In this document: positions 19,919-28,460 of the stretch, piece by piece
Position numbering within the stretch: the first letter of the stretch is position 1
Layout of the letters: every line of letters starts with the position of its first letter
DNA from: Acidobacteriota bacterium
GTDB taxonomy: Bacteria; Acidobacteriota; UBA6911; RPQK01; JBHHYX01
Length of the DNA stretch: 41,485 nucleotides
Direction of reading: 5' to 3'
Assembly: GCA_046757765.1 (NCBI GenBank)
Contig: JBHHYX010000003.1
Span: forward strand, 1 to 41,485
The notes under the pieces: model-generated
Told to the model about the DNA's origin: nothing
Databases searched by the model: none
The model's input: the letters and a program-made list of their open reading frames with translations, nothing else
Program-made: the position numbers and the translations under genes

Positions 19919-21309
19919 GCACCCTCCGTCTCGTGTCGGGTCGCCCACATCCCCAAGCGGCCGATCTTGGCGCTGGCGAAGGCCTTGAGAGCTCTTGGAT
20001 AGTTGGGTCGGGAGTCCCACTGTTTGTGGAAGGCCACTTCGCTCACCATCCAGCGGTTGGCGAAGCGGTAGAAACGCTGGGAGTGGCGCCCGGCCACCGT
20101 GAGATCGCGGTCGGAGCTGGTCTCGAAGGTTTTGGAGGCGATGACCCGAGTTTCCACCTGCTCAAAGTAGGGAGTGCCTTTGATGGGGTAGGCGACGGTT
20201 GTTAAGAACACGTCGGGATTGGCCGCCTTCAAGTGGCCAACGGTTTCCTCCAGATCGGAAAGCTCTTCTCCCTCGTAGCCAAGCATGACGAAAAGTCCCG
20301 CTTCGATCCCGTATCTTTGCAGCATTCGCACCATTTCTCGGACTCGAGCGGCGTTGGTGCGCCGTTTCATGGCATCCAGAATGCGCTGCGAGCCACTCTC
20401 GGCTCCAATCCACAAACGGAAACAGCGCAGCTCGGCCAAGGTCCGGATGATCTCTTCGTCGAGGCGGTCCTCGCGTGAAATGGTCTCAAACGGAATCAGA
20501 AGGTCTCGGCGCTTCAACTCCTCGGCGTAGGCGGAAAACCAGCGCGGATTGAGGGTAAACACATCATCGGCATACCAGAGCATGTCGGGCTCGTACTCTT
20601 CTCGGATCAGTTCCACTTCGTCGGCAACATGGCGGGGCGAGCGACCCCGATGACTGTAACCGAAGACGCCGTGACTGCACCAGGTACAGGTGTAGGGACA
20701 GCCGCGAGAGGTGATCAGGGAAACCGATCCTCTCCCATGATGTTCTCTCCACACACGGACGTATCGGTGGATGTCCACCGCCTCCCGGTCTGGAAAAGGC
20801 AAGCTGTCGAGATCCCTGATAAAGGGTCGTGGTTCGGTCCGAACGAGGGCGCCGTCTTCCTCACGGTAGACCAGGCCCCGGATCCGGTGCATACTCCGCG
20901 GGCCGCGGCCAACCAGGTGTGGCACCAGTTCTTCCAAGGTCAGTTCTCCCTCGCCCACCACCACCACGTCGGCGCCTCGCGCAAGGTATTCCTCCGGGTA
21001 GTTGGCCGGCTCCGGTCCGCCCACTACTACGATTGCTCCCGTCTCGCGGCAAATGGCGATCAGCTCGAAAACACGCTTCCGGTTCATGAGGTTGCAGTAG
21101 AAGCCCACGATCGAGGGCCGCTCCCGTCTCATGAATTCCTCGAAGGCGCTCCCGGAGCTGAAAGTGCTGTCGAAAACGGCCACATCGAACCCCTTGGCCT
21201 TCAGATAAGAGGAGAGGTGAAGCAGTCCCAGGGGAGGATACGGCTTCATGACCTTCAACTCGTGAGGGTCGTGGCGCAGAAAATAGCCGTGAGTGAGCAG
21301 AATATCCAT
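19915..21309 (-). CDS. Cobalamin-binding radical SAM protein (rSAM-A)
   Basis: YPPLGLLHLSSYL, VVVGGPEP and DVVVVGEGE B12 domain; SRGCPYTCTWC [4Fe-4S] motif; YADDVF and IGAESGSQRIL; start at ATG 21309. Confidence 0.92.
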   Translation of the reverse strand: MDILLTHGYFLRHDPHELKVMKPYPPLGLLHLSSYLKAKGFDVAVFDSTFSSGSAFEEFMRRERPSIVGFYCNLMNRKRVFELIAICRETGAIVVVGGPEPANYPEEYLARGADVVVVGEGELTLEELVPHLVGRGPRSMHRIRGLVYREEDGALVRTEPRPFIRDLDSLPFPDREAVDIHRYVRVWREHHGRGSVSLITSRGCPYTCTWCSHGVFGYSHRGRSPRHVADEVELIREEYEPDMLWYADDVFTLNPRWFSAYAEELKRRDLLIPFETISREDRLDEEIIRTLAELRCFRLWIGAESGSQRILDAMKRRTNAARVREMVRMLQRYGIEAGLFVMLGYEGEELSDLEETVGHLKAANPDVFLTTVAYPIKGTPYFEQVETRVIASKTFETSSDRDLTVAGRHSQRFYRFANRWMVSEVAFHKQWDSRPNYPRALKAFASAKIGRLGMWATRHETEGA

Positions 21310-21382
21310 GCTGCTTGTGTGCTCTCCCCGCCCAACCACCGGGCCCGGATCGCCGCTGTAGGCGGCCAGATTATCGAGTAGG

Positions 21383-21658
21383 TAGTCCTCGTCCGAAAAC
21401 TTTTAATTCCTTGGCAGAATGGTAGTTGTGTTCAGCATCGAGAGCTTGAAGTTTCACCCTCCGGTCAATTCGCGGCCTGAGGCCGCTCCCACCTTCCCAA
21501 TCGGCGCCGTTGAGCTGAAGAGACGGTAGATCGGAAAGTGGGAGCCGCCTCAGGCGGCGAACGGCCCGCTCAAGTGTTCCACTTCCCCTGGAATTCCTGA
21601 GGCGCTTTAATTCTGACGGCTTATCCTTTTTCCATCATTTAGGCGCGTTCGAGGACTA
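21383..21658. mobile_element. MITE-like element, family C, copy 1, containing a REP doublet (REPIN-like)
   Basis: TIR TAGTCCTCG / CGAGGACTA. Inner inverted pair CGCGGCCTGAGGCCGCTCCCAC (21471-21492) / GTGGGAGCCGCCTCAGGCGGCG (21538-21559). Near-identical to 28144-28429. Confidence 0.85.
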
Positions 21659-21673
21659 TCCAAGTAATCTACT

Positions 21674-23089
21674 TCACGAAGAACTCAAATAGTGACGCAG
21701 CAACGAGACGCCTTGTCGAAGCTGAATCCTCAAATCGCTGAGATTCCAGCTCTTTCCCCATTTTCTGGCCCGTTCTCCGAGGTAGCCGAGGTTGAAATAG
21801 AACTCCCCCAGGGCGCGCTGCTTCATGGCGGCGACTCGAGCACGGCTCAGTGTCAGAGTCTGCATGGCCACCGGATGGCCGGATTGGTCCATGATTTCAA
21901 AGTCGCTCTCAATCAAGCCGAGGCTGAGGGCCCGCTGGCGAAGGGGCGTCCCCATTCGCGGCACAGCCACGTTGAAGGAGACAAAATCAGGGCCAAGCCT
22001 TCTGAGCAAGGCCAGGGTCTCCTGAAAGCTCTCCTCCGTCTCTTCCGGCAGACCGATGATCACGGTCGCCACCGTACGGATTCCGTGTCGGGCACATAAT
22101 TGGAACCCCTCCTGGATTGCTTCCCGAGTGTAATCTTTCCTGGCGGCTCTCAAAATCCGTTGGTTGGCGCTTTCCACCCCGAGAATCACCGTGTGGCACC
22201 CCGCCGCCTTCATCTGGAGGAGGAGGCGGTCACTCACCACATCCGGCCGGCTGAAGCAGAGCCAACCGAATCCATAGCCCACCCGCTGCATTTCGGAGAG
22301 CAATTGTTGCGCCCGCTCCCTGCCTATCCCGAACGTCTGATCGAGAAAGAAGATCTCCCGAACTCGAAGACGGGCGAGAGAGTCGAGTTCCTCCAGAACG
22401 TTGCTCACCGGCCGGATCTTCCACCCCAGCGTTGACATGATGCAGAAGTTGCAGGAGTAGGGGCACCCGAATTCCGTCATGACAGTCGCGAAACGTCGAT
22501 GGCGGACAAAGGGATACCGGTACGGATGGCCCAGAAACAGGCGGTGCTGCGGAACGGGCAGAGAGAACTCCTCTCCCTTGGGACGTTCAATGGGAAAGGC
22601 GGAGATCCCGCCGCGTTCTCGAACAGTCATATTGTTGGGACGCCGGCCATCTGGTGCGCCTTCCAGATAGATGCGCAGATCGTCGCTGCTGAAATCATGC
22701 AGGAAGGCGCTCACGAAAGGCAGTTCCGCCAGTCTCTCCTCACGGTGGTCGATCAGTATGTCCCCGATCAGAACCAGTCTGGCTCCAACGCGCTGGCTGA
22801 GCGACCGGTAAAATGGCACGTCTTCGGAATAGGAGACCGAGCCGATGAGCCCAACCACGACGTCGGGATCGAGTCGCTCAACCCGGTCCAGGCAGGTCCT
22901 GGCGTCCAGCCGCTGGACGATGGCGTCAAGCAGGGAGACCTCACCCACGTCCTTCAGCAAGCCGCTCAGATAGAGGAAATCGATGGGATGATTGATGTAG
23001 TCCGCCTGCGACACCTTGCTGCAGAAATAGTCGCGAAGGTAGAGGCGGCGGCCGGGCGGGTTGAGAAGAACAATCTTTCTCTTAGGCAT
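21674..23089 (-). CDS. Radical SAM protein with divergent cobalamin-binding-type N-domain (rSAM-B)
   Basis: KIVLLNPP N-terminus, EFGCPYSCNFC, FLDQTF, GVESANQRIL and IIGLPEET; start at ATG 23089 overlaps the upstream GT9 stop. Confidence 0.88.
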   Translation of the reverse strand: MPKRKIVLLNPPGRRLYLRDYFCSKVSQADYINHPIDFLYLSGLLKDVGEVSLLDAIVQRLDARTCLDRVERLDPDVVVGLIGSVSYSEDVPFYRSLSQRVGARLVLIGDILIDHREERLAELPFVSAFLHDFSSDDLRIYLEGAPDGRRPNNMTVRERGGISAFPIERPKGEEFSLPVPQHRLFLGHPYRYPFVRHRRFATVMTEFGCPYSCNFCIMSTLGWKIRPVSNVLEELDSLARLRVREIFFLDQTFGIGRERAQQLLSEMQRVGYGFGWLCFSRPDVVSDRLLLQMKAAGCHTVILGVESANQRILRAARKDYTREAIQEGFQLCARHGIRTVATVIIGLPEETEESFQETLALLRRLGPDFVSFNVAVPRMGTPLRQRALSLGLIESDFEIMDQSGHPVAMQTLTLSRARVAAMKQRALGEFYFNLGYLGERARKWGKSWNLSDLRIQLRQGVSLLRHYLSSS

Positions 23090-24356
23090 GATCTTTGATC
23101 CGGTTTCCTCCACAGCTCAACCGTTGCACTCTGATCTCGTCCGATCCGGCCTCGGGATGCGCCGCCGCGCTCTGTTGGCGCCTGGGCCCTGCGCCGGGCA
23201 CCACCTGCTGACGGATGAATTGGTGGACTTCCCGAATCACGTGCGCGGTTTTGATCTCCTTCATGCAGGCCACGTTGTTGATGCAGTTGACTGTCTTGGC
23301 ATTGTCCACACTCATGCATGGGCTACACCAAAGGTTCTCGTAGAAGACCAGCCGGTGCGGGCTGAGCGGACCGTAGCGCAAGGGGGTCTCGGGCCCATAA
23401 AAACCCACCACCGGAACGCCGAAAGCGGATGCCAGATGAATGGGACCGCTGTCATTGGACACCAGGAGGAGCGCCGAAGCCAGGAGAGAAGCCAGCTGGG
23501 GCAGGTTCAACAAACCGGTCCAGTTGTGCACTCTGCGGGAGGGTCTCCAGGCTTGTTCCAGGGGCGCAACATAGGCCATCTCACCTTTCGAGCCAATCAA
23601 CACGAGATCAAAGTCGTACTTCCCCAAAAGGGATTTCCCCAGCCGCACGAACCGTTCTCGGGGCCAGCGTCTCTCCAGGGCGAGGGAACTGGCATTGACA
23701 TTGATCACAACGTAAGGGCGGTTCTCGAAGGCTAGCTCAAGAGAGGACGCACCTTGGCGATTCAGCACTGGCCGAGGAGGTTGTGGCAGTGTAGTCGCTT
23801 TGCCTCTGGCCAGATTGAGGAACTGTTCGGCGGCGTGAAGCTGGCTTTGGAAAGTGATTGAAACATCCTGGAGACGTCTCTTGAGACCTTCCTTTCGAGA
23901 GAATCCCACCGCACACCGTGGCTCCGCCCAGCGAGCCACCAGGCCGGAGAAGTTGACAAAGAATTCCCCGTCGAGAACCAGATCGTAGCCTTCCCTCCTG
24001 AGCGAACGAATCAACAAGAGGGAGCGGATCAGGAATGAGAGAGAACCCCGGAAAGCCAGCGTCCGCACTTTTTCGATCCAGGGAATACAGCCAAACAGAT
24101 CGCGATTGCGGGCGAGTGTCAGGTAATGGATTTCGGCCTCGGGATAAGCCTGTTTCAGCCACCGCAACGCCGGCTCTGAGAGGACAATGCTGCCAATGCC
24201 CCAGAACTTGATGAACAGGATCTTCCGAATAGGGCCGGGGGTTGAATCCCGCCTGGGAAAAAAGGTCCTCAGGGCAAGGTCTGCGAGAATGAAGGCGCGT
24301 CCCACATACTCGTCGATCAGCTTGGACAGTCTGATTTTGAGCCTTTCACGCTTCAT
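23082..24356 (-). CDS. Glycosyltransferase family 9 (heptosyltransferase-like)
   Basis: KILFIKFWGIGSIVL, RRWPRERF, VSNDSGPIHLASAFGVPVVGFYGPE and C-terminal CSPC..C..C; ATG 24356 overlaps the upstream TGA. Confidence 0.9.
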   Translation of the reverse strand: MKRERLKIRLSKLIDEYVGRAFILADLALRTFFPRRDSTPGPIRKILFIKFWGIGSIVLSEPALRWLKQAYPEAEIHYLTLARNRDLFGCIPWIEKVRTLAFRGSLSFLIRSLLLIRSLRREGYDLVLDGEFFVNFSGLVARWAEPRCAVGFSRKEGLKRRLQDVSITFQSQLHAAEQFLNLARGKATTLPQPPRPVLNRQGASSLELAFENRPYVVINVNASSLALERRWPRERFVRLGKSLLGKYDFDLVLIGSKGEMAYVAPLEQAWRPSRRVHNWTGLLNLPQLASLLASALLLVSNDSGPIHLASAFGVPVVGFYGPETPLRYGPLSPHRLVFYENLWCSPCMSVDNAKTVNCINNVACMKEIKTAHVIREVHQFIRQQVVPGAGPRRQQSAAAHPEAGSDEIRVQRLSCGGNRIKDHA

Positions 24357-26587
24357 TGCAACTCGTCTGGAATGGGAATCCAATACAGTGTACTAAACTC
24401 GAGGCCCCGGCCTCGATCGGAGGTAAAGACGATCCGGTTGTGGGCCCCGTCCCAGACGGGTTCATCGTCCGCCCCCAGGTGAACGGTCAAACGCGAGGTC
24501 TGGCGACTCTCCACCTCCACGGCCCAGATGTCCCGATTTCCAGGGCGATCCCAGGCGAAGAGAATTGTCCTCTGGTTGGAAGACCAGGCGGGCGAAGTGA
24601 TGCGGTCTTCGGAATGCAGGAGGGTGCTTTGTTGACGTCGCCTCAAATCAAAGATTCCCAAGCTGCTCCCCTCGCCATTACGCACACAGTAGGCCAGGTG
24701 AGTGCCCCGGGGCGAATAGGCAACATCGTAAAAACGGCCGCCTCTCAACACCGTCACCGCTTTCCCCGAAGCGATATCTGTCACCCTAAGGTCACCCTCT
24801 TTCACGGATGCAAAGCGGAGGCCGTCGGGGCCCCAGCTGGGTTTCTCTCCCTCGGCAACAAAAGCGGCTGGCTCCCCCCGTTTTCGGCTCAACCAGATCT
24901 CCGACCTCCCCGCCTCGACGGTTTCGACCAGAAGACTGGCATCATCAGACGCCAAATCCATATCGTAGTAATTGCGGCTCGCCGGCGGTGTCCAGCGCTC
25001 GCCGTCGGCGGCGTAGATGGCATAGTCTTCTCTAAAGAGCTCACAGTAGCTGAAGAGGAGTTCGTCTTTCCCCCCATCGGGCGCCCCCAGAATCAGACCC
25101 AGGTGGCGGTCAAACGCCTTGCCGGCTATCTTCAACAACCTTGCCCCATCCAAGGGTTGGTTTCGATCACCGCCATACTGATGGATCGTGCTCAGCCCAA
25201 TCAACAGAATCACCGCTCCCCAAGCCCATCGTCCCGGGCCCGGACTCCAGCGGATGAACCGTCGCAGGAAGAAAACGATTGAGAGATAGAAGATCAACAG
25301 CAAGTAGAGACGGGAGTAGGCCAGAGGCGTCCACCAGCCTCTGGCGAAGTCCTCGAGCCGAAGGTAGTGGGGCAGGTTGAGCACCACGAACTGAACTCCC
25401 AAAAAACCTGCTGCGGCCGGCTTTCCCAGATCCAGGAGAAGCTTGACGGAGGGGACCGCGGTCATCGTCAGGAGCAGAAAGTGGTAGGTCGCGCCGGTGG
25501 GAGAGAGGAGGAGAAGGGATAGGGGGATCCAACCCAATTGAAACGATTGGTTTTGTCCCGGGAGTGCAAAAGAGGCGCGAAGCAGGATGAAAAGCGAAAA
25601 GGCTCCCAGGCCCCACAGGATCAGGTTTTTCAAGAGGAAAAAAAAGAACGGCTGGGCGGCGGCAGGATGAGGATTGAGCGTTTCCTGGAAGAGAAAGAGG
25701 CGGCGAAAAAGGCTGTTCCAGGATTGAGCGCGAGTAGCAAAAGGGTCCTGGATCTCCCCTTTCAGGTGCCTGGGGAGAACCTGGTCTGCAAAGGTCTGAA
25801 AAGACTGGAAGCCCCCCAGCCACAGCGTCGCCATCAGAACAACCAGCAGGGTGAGGGCTGCGGCAGTTACGATCCTTGCTTCCTTTCGCCACAAGGAATA
25901 GGCGACCCACAAAGTGCCCACGTACTTCACCGGTATCAACAAGGCCAGGCAGACTCCCGCCGCAACAGGCCGTCCCCGCTGGCGAAAATAGAGGCCCAGC
26001 AAGAGCGAAGCCAGCAGCAGCAGGTAAACCTGCCCAAACAGAAAGTTGTTGATCAGGGCCGCCCCGCTGCCCAGAAAAAGGATCCCCGTGAGAAGCCAGT
26101 TCAAGTGTGATGTCTTGGCCAGGAGCACGACACACAGGACGGCCAGAGCGGCGTTGAACCCAATCCAGACCCTCTTGGCCGTGAGCGCATCGAGCCTGCT
26201 CAGAGGCAGCAGGAGCAGAGCCGTGGATGGAGGATGGGGAATGAACCCGCCCACCTGGCCTTTGATCCCGTAACGGTCCATCTGCTTCTGAAACCAGATA
26301 AAATCCCGATAGGCCGGCTCAACCGATCTTCCGTCCGCCAGGATCCGGGCAGCCGTGTAGTAGTTGGCAAAATCCCCCCTTGTGTCGGCCATCGCCGGGA
26401 CGATCCCTTTGACGACGATGATAGCGGTGAAGAAGAGTAACAGGCCGAGCAGCAGTGCTCTCGTCAGCACAGCGGCCGCCGGCTGATGCGCGAGAGTGAA
26501 CGGCGCCGAGAGCGAGGGTCCGGGATCACGAGCCTTGAGGGCACTCGAGACACAGCGCAGAGCGGCTCTCCAGCGCCGCGCCTTCAA
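24353..26587 (-). CDS. GT87/DUF2029-like membrane glycosyltransferase fused to a TolB-like (PD40) beta-propeller
   Basis: GDFANYYTAA, FIPHPP, NFLFGQV and IPVKY GT87-type motifs with many TM helices, then propeller repeats (PSWGPDG, VAYSPRG, PAWSSNQ, EPVWDG, IVFTSDR). Start uncertain: TTG 26587 coupled to the upstream stop, or GTG 26470. Confidence 0.78.
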   Translation of the reverse strand: MKARRWRAALRCVSSALKARDPGPSLSAPFTLAHQPAAAVLTRALLLGLLLFFTAIIVVKGIVPAMADTRGDFANYYTAARILADGRSVEPAYRDFIWFQKQMDRYGIKGQVGGFIPHPPSTALLLLPLSRLDALTAKRVWIGFNAALAVLCVVLLAKTSHLNWLLTGILFLGSGAALINNFLFGQVYLLLLASLLLGLYFRQRGRPVAAGVCLALLIPVKYVGTLWVAYSLWRKEARIVTAAALTLLVVLMATLWLGGFQSFQTFADQVLPRHLKGEIQDPFATRAQSWNSLFRRLFLFQETLNPHPAAAQPFFFFLLKNLILWGLGAFSLFILLRASFALPGQNQSFQLGWIPLSLLLLSPTGATYHFLLLTMTAVPSVKLLLDLGKPAAAGFLGVQFVVLNLPHYLRLEDFARGWWTPLAYSRLYLLLIFYLSIVFFLRRFIRWSPGPGRWAWGAVILLIGLSTIHQYGGDRNQPLDGARLLKIAGKAFDRHLGLILGAPDGGKDELLFSYCELFREDYAIYAADGERWTPPASRNYYDMDLASDDASLLVETVEAGRSEIWLSRKRGEPAAFVAEGEKPSWGPDGLRFASVKEGDLRVTDIASGKAVTVLRGGRFYDVAYSPRGTHLAYCVRNGEGSSLGIFDLRRRQQSTLLHSEDRITSPAWSSNQRTILFAWDRPGNRDIWAVEVESRQTSRLTVHLGADDEPVWDGAHNRIVFTSDRGRGLEFSTLYWIPIPDELQ

Positions 26588-28062
26588 AACCGTTGCTCGG
26601 CATGAAAACCCGTCTTCAGGCGCTGAAGGCCCCAGTAAGTGTAGACCTCCCATGGGAAACCGAACTTTTTGGTTCGGATCCGATATCTCGAGGAAGGTTG
26701 GAAGAGATTTAATACCAGCCGGTGGCGGCGGGAATGAGACTTCTCTCCCACGTTGACCTGGTGGTATCCAAAACGAAGATACTGACGGATGGATTGAAGC
26801 CGCCGATGCTGCCCGTCGCTGAGCCAGGGAAGCTTGGTGATGCGCGGGTAGAAATCGGCCCACTCCTCAAAGCTCCTGGGCGGGTCGAATCCCTTTTGGA
26901 GGCTGACCGGCCAGAGGGGTGATCCCGGATAGGGGGTGAAGATGTTGGTGTAGCAATCCGCCTGGGGGTTGGTCTGGTAGATGAGGTCGATCAGATCCAG
27001 GGTTTTTTGCAGCTCCTCCTCTCCCTCGGCGGGCAGACCGAAGATGAAGCCGAAGCTGGCCCGGATGTCGGCCGCCTTGCAACGCTCCAAAGCCGCCACG
27101 GTCTTGGCCGCGTTGGCCTTCTTTTCTATGGAACGAAGCACTTCGTCGGAACCGGATTCAGCGCCAAAGTGGATCCTCACCAGACCCGCGCGCCGGTAAA
27201 GTCGGGCTTGCTCATCGGTTAGTCTGGCCCAGCAGTCCACTCGATCCTGGATATACCACTCGCAGTTGAGTTCGGCGCGGAGGAACCCTTCCGCGATCTC
27301 CAGGCATCGCTCCCGGAAGGCAAAGAAGATGTCGTCGATGATCCCCAGCAGTCGAATGTCGTATCGCCGCACCAGATAGCTCACCTCATCCACCACCTGT
27401 TCGACCGGCAACAGGTCCAGGTTGCGGCCGTAGACGGAGGCATTCGAACAGTAGCCGCAGTTGTAGGGACAACCGTGGCTGGTGGTGTACATGACCCAGC
27501 GCAGACCGGTCAAACGGTGATAGCGATCATAATCGATCACTTCATAACCTGGCAGCCGGCTGGGGAGTTGAGCCACTTTAGGGTAAATCCGAGGCGGGTT
27601 GCTGCGAATCTCACCCTTGTCCTTCCAGATAATGCCGGTGACCTCCCCGATCGACTTCCCATCCCGAAAGCAATCGGCCAGCTCCAGCATGGTCCTTTCA
27701 CCCTGTCTCAACGCCACCACGTCAGCAAAGGACGCTTCCAGGCTCTGTTCCGGCAGGATGGACGGGTGCCAGCCTCCCAGCACGATCGGGATCTCGGGGT
27801 AGTGCTCTTTGACGGCCCTACCCACGTCTACGGCACCACTGATCATGGGGCCGGTGATCAGGGAGATGCCCAGGCAGAGCGCCCCCTCCATTTCCTTCAA
27901 CACGGCCTCAACGAAATTCTCCTCCAGGGCACTGTCAATGATCTTGACTTCATAGCCGGCTCTCACCAGGGCACTCGAGATCGCAATGAGAGCCAAAGGC
28001 GGGGACGCCTCTTTGCTGGCGTAAGAGGGGAAAAAGAAAACGATCTTGTTGCGGGTCGTCAT
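26584..28062 (-). CDS. Cobalamin-binding radical SAM protein (rSAM-C)
   Basis: PPLALIAIS, PIVLGGWHPS and VALRQGE; TSHGCPYNCGYC; IIDDIFF, FGAESGS and FTPYPGS; ATG 28062. Confidence 0.92.
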   Translation of the reverse strand: MTTRNKIVFFFPSYASKEASPPLALIAISSALVRAGYEVKIIDSALEENFVEAVLKEMEGALCLGISLITGPMISGAVDVGRAVKEHYPEIPIVLGGWHPSILPEQSLEASFADVVALRQGERTMLELADCFRDGKSIGEVTGIIWKDKGEIRSNPPRIYPKVAQLPSRLPGYEVIDYDRYHRLTGLRWVMYTTSHGCPYNCGYCSNASVYGRNLDLLPVEQVVDEVSYLVRRYDIRLLGIIDDIFFAFRERCLEIAEGFLRAELNCEWYIQDRVDCWARLTDEQARLYRRAGLVRIHFGAESGSDEVLRSIEKKANAAKTVAALERCKAADIRASFGFIFGLPAEGEEELQKTLDLIDLIYQTNPQADCYTNIFTPYPGSPLWPVSLQKGFDPPRSFEEWADFYPRITKLPWLSDGQHRRLQSIRQYLRFGYHQVNVGEKSHSRRHRLVLNLFQPSSRYRIRTKKFGFPWEVYTYWGLQRLKTGFHAEQRF

Positions 28063-28143
28063 GGACAATCAGTCCTATCCTAAGCCACTCGACCGGAACC
28101 TGGGAAGTGTCCCTGGCGACTTCTCTCCACTTCAGCAGCTAAC

Positions 28144-28429
28144 TAGTTCCCGTCCGGAAACTTATAACTCCTTGACAGAATGGTAGTTGTGTTCAGCATC
28201 GAGAGCTTGAAATTTCACCTCCGGTCAATTCGCGGCCTGAGGCCGCTCCCACCTTCCCAATCGACGCCGTTGGCAAAGAGCTGAAGAGACGGTAGATCGG
28301 AAAGTGGGAGCCGCCTCAGGCGGCGACCGACCCACTTGAGTGTTCCACTTCCCCTGGAATTCCTGAGGTGCTTTAGTTCTGACAACTTATCTTTTTTCCA
28401 TCATTTAGACCGCGTCCGGATGGGAACAA
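28144..28429. mobile_element. MITE-like element, family C, copy 2, containing a REP doublet
   Basis: TIR GTTCCCGTCCGGA / TCCGGATGGGAAC; interior nearly identical to 21383-21658, in the same orientation. Confidence 0.85.
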
Positions 28430-28460
28430 ACTAAACCAAACTCCAGGCCCGCGAGCGCCT

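Noticed and set aside
21383-21658. Cobalamin or SAM riboswitch reading of the repeat upstream of rSAM genes
   Set aside because: No recognisable B12-box or SAM-I core; TIRs and a REP doublet explain the structure better. An Rfam scan would settle it.
26588-26863. N-terminal extension of the 836-aa GT87 ORF
   Set aside because: Overlaps the 3' end of rSAM-C in another frame; a later start is more plausible.
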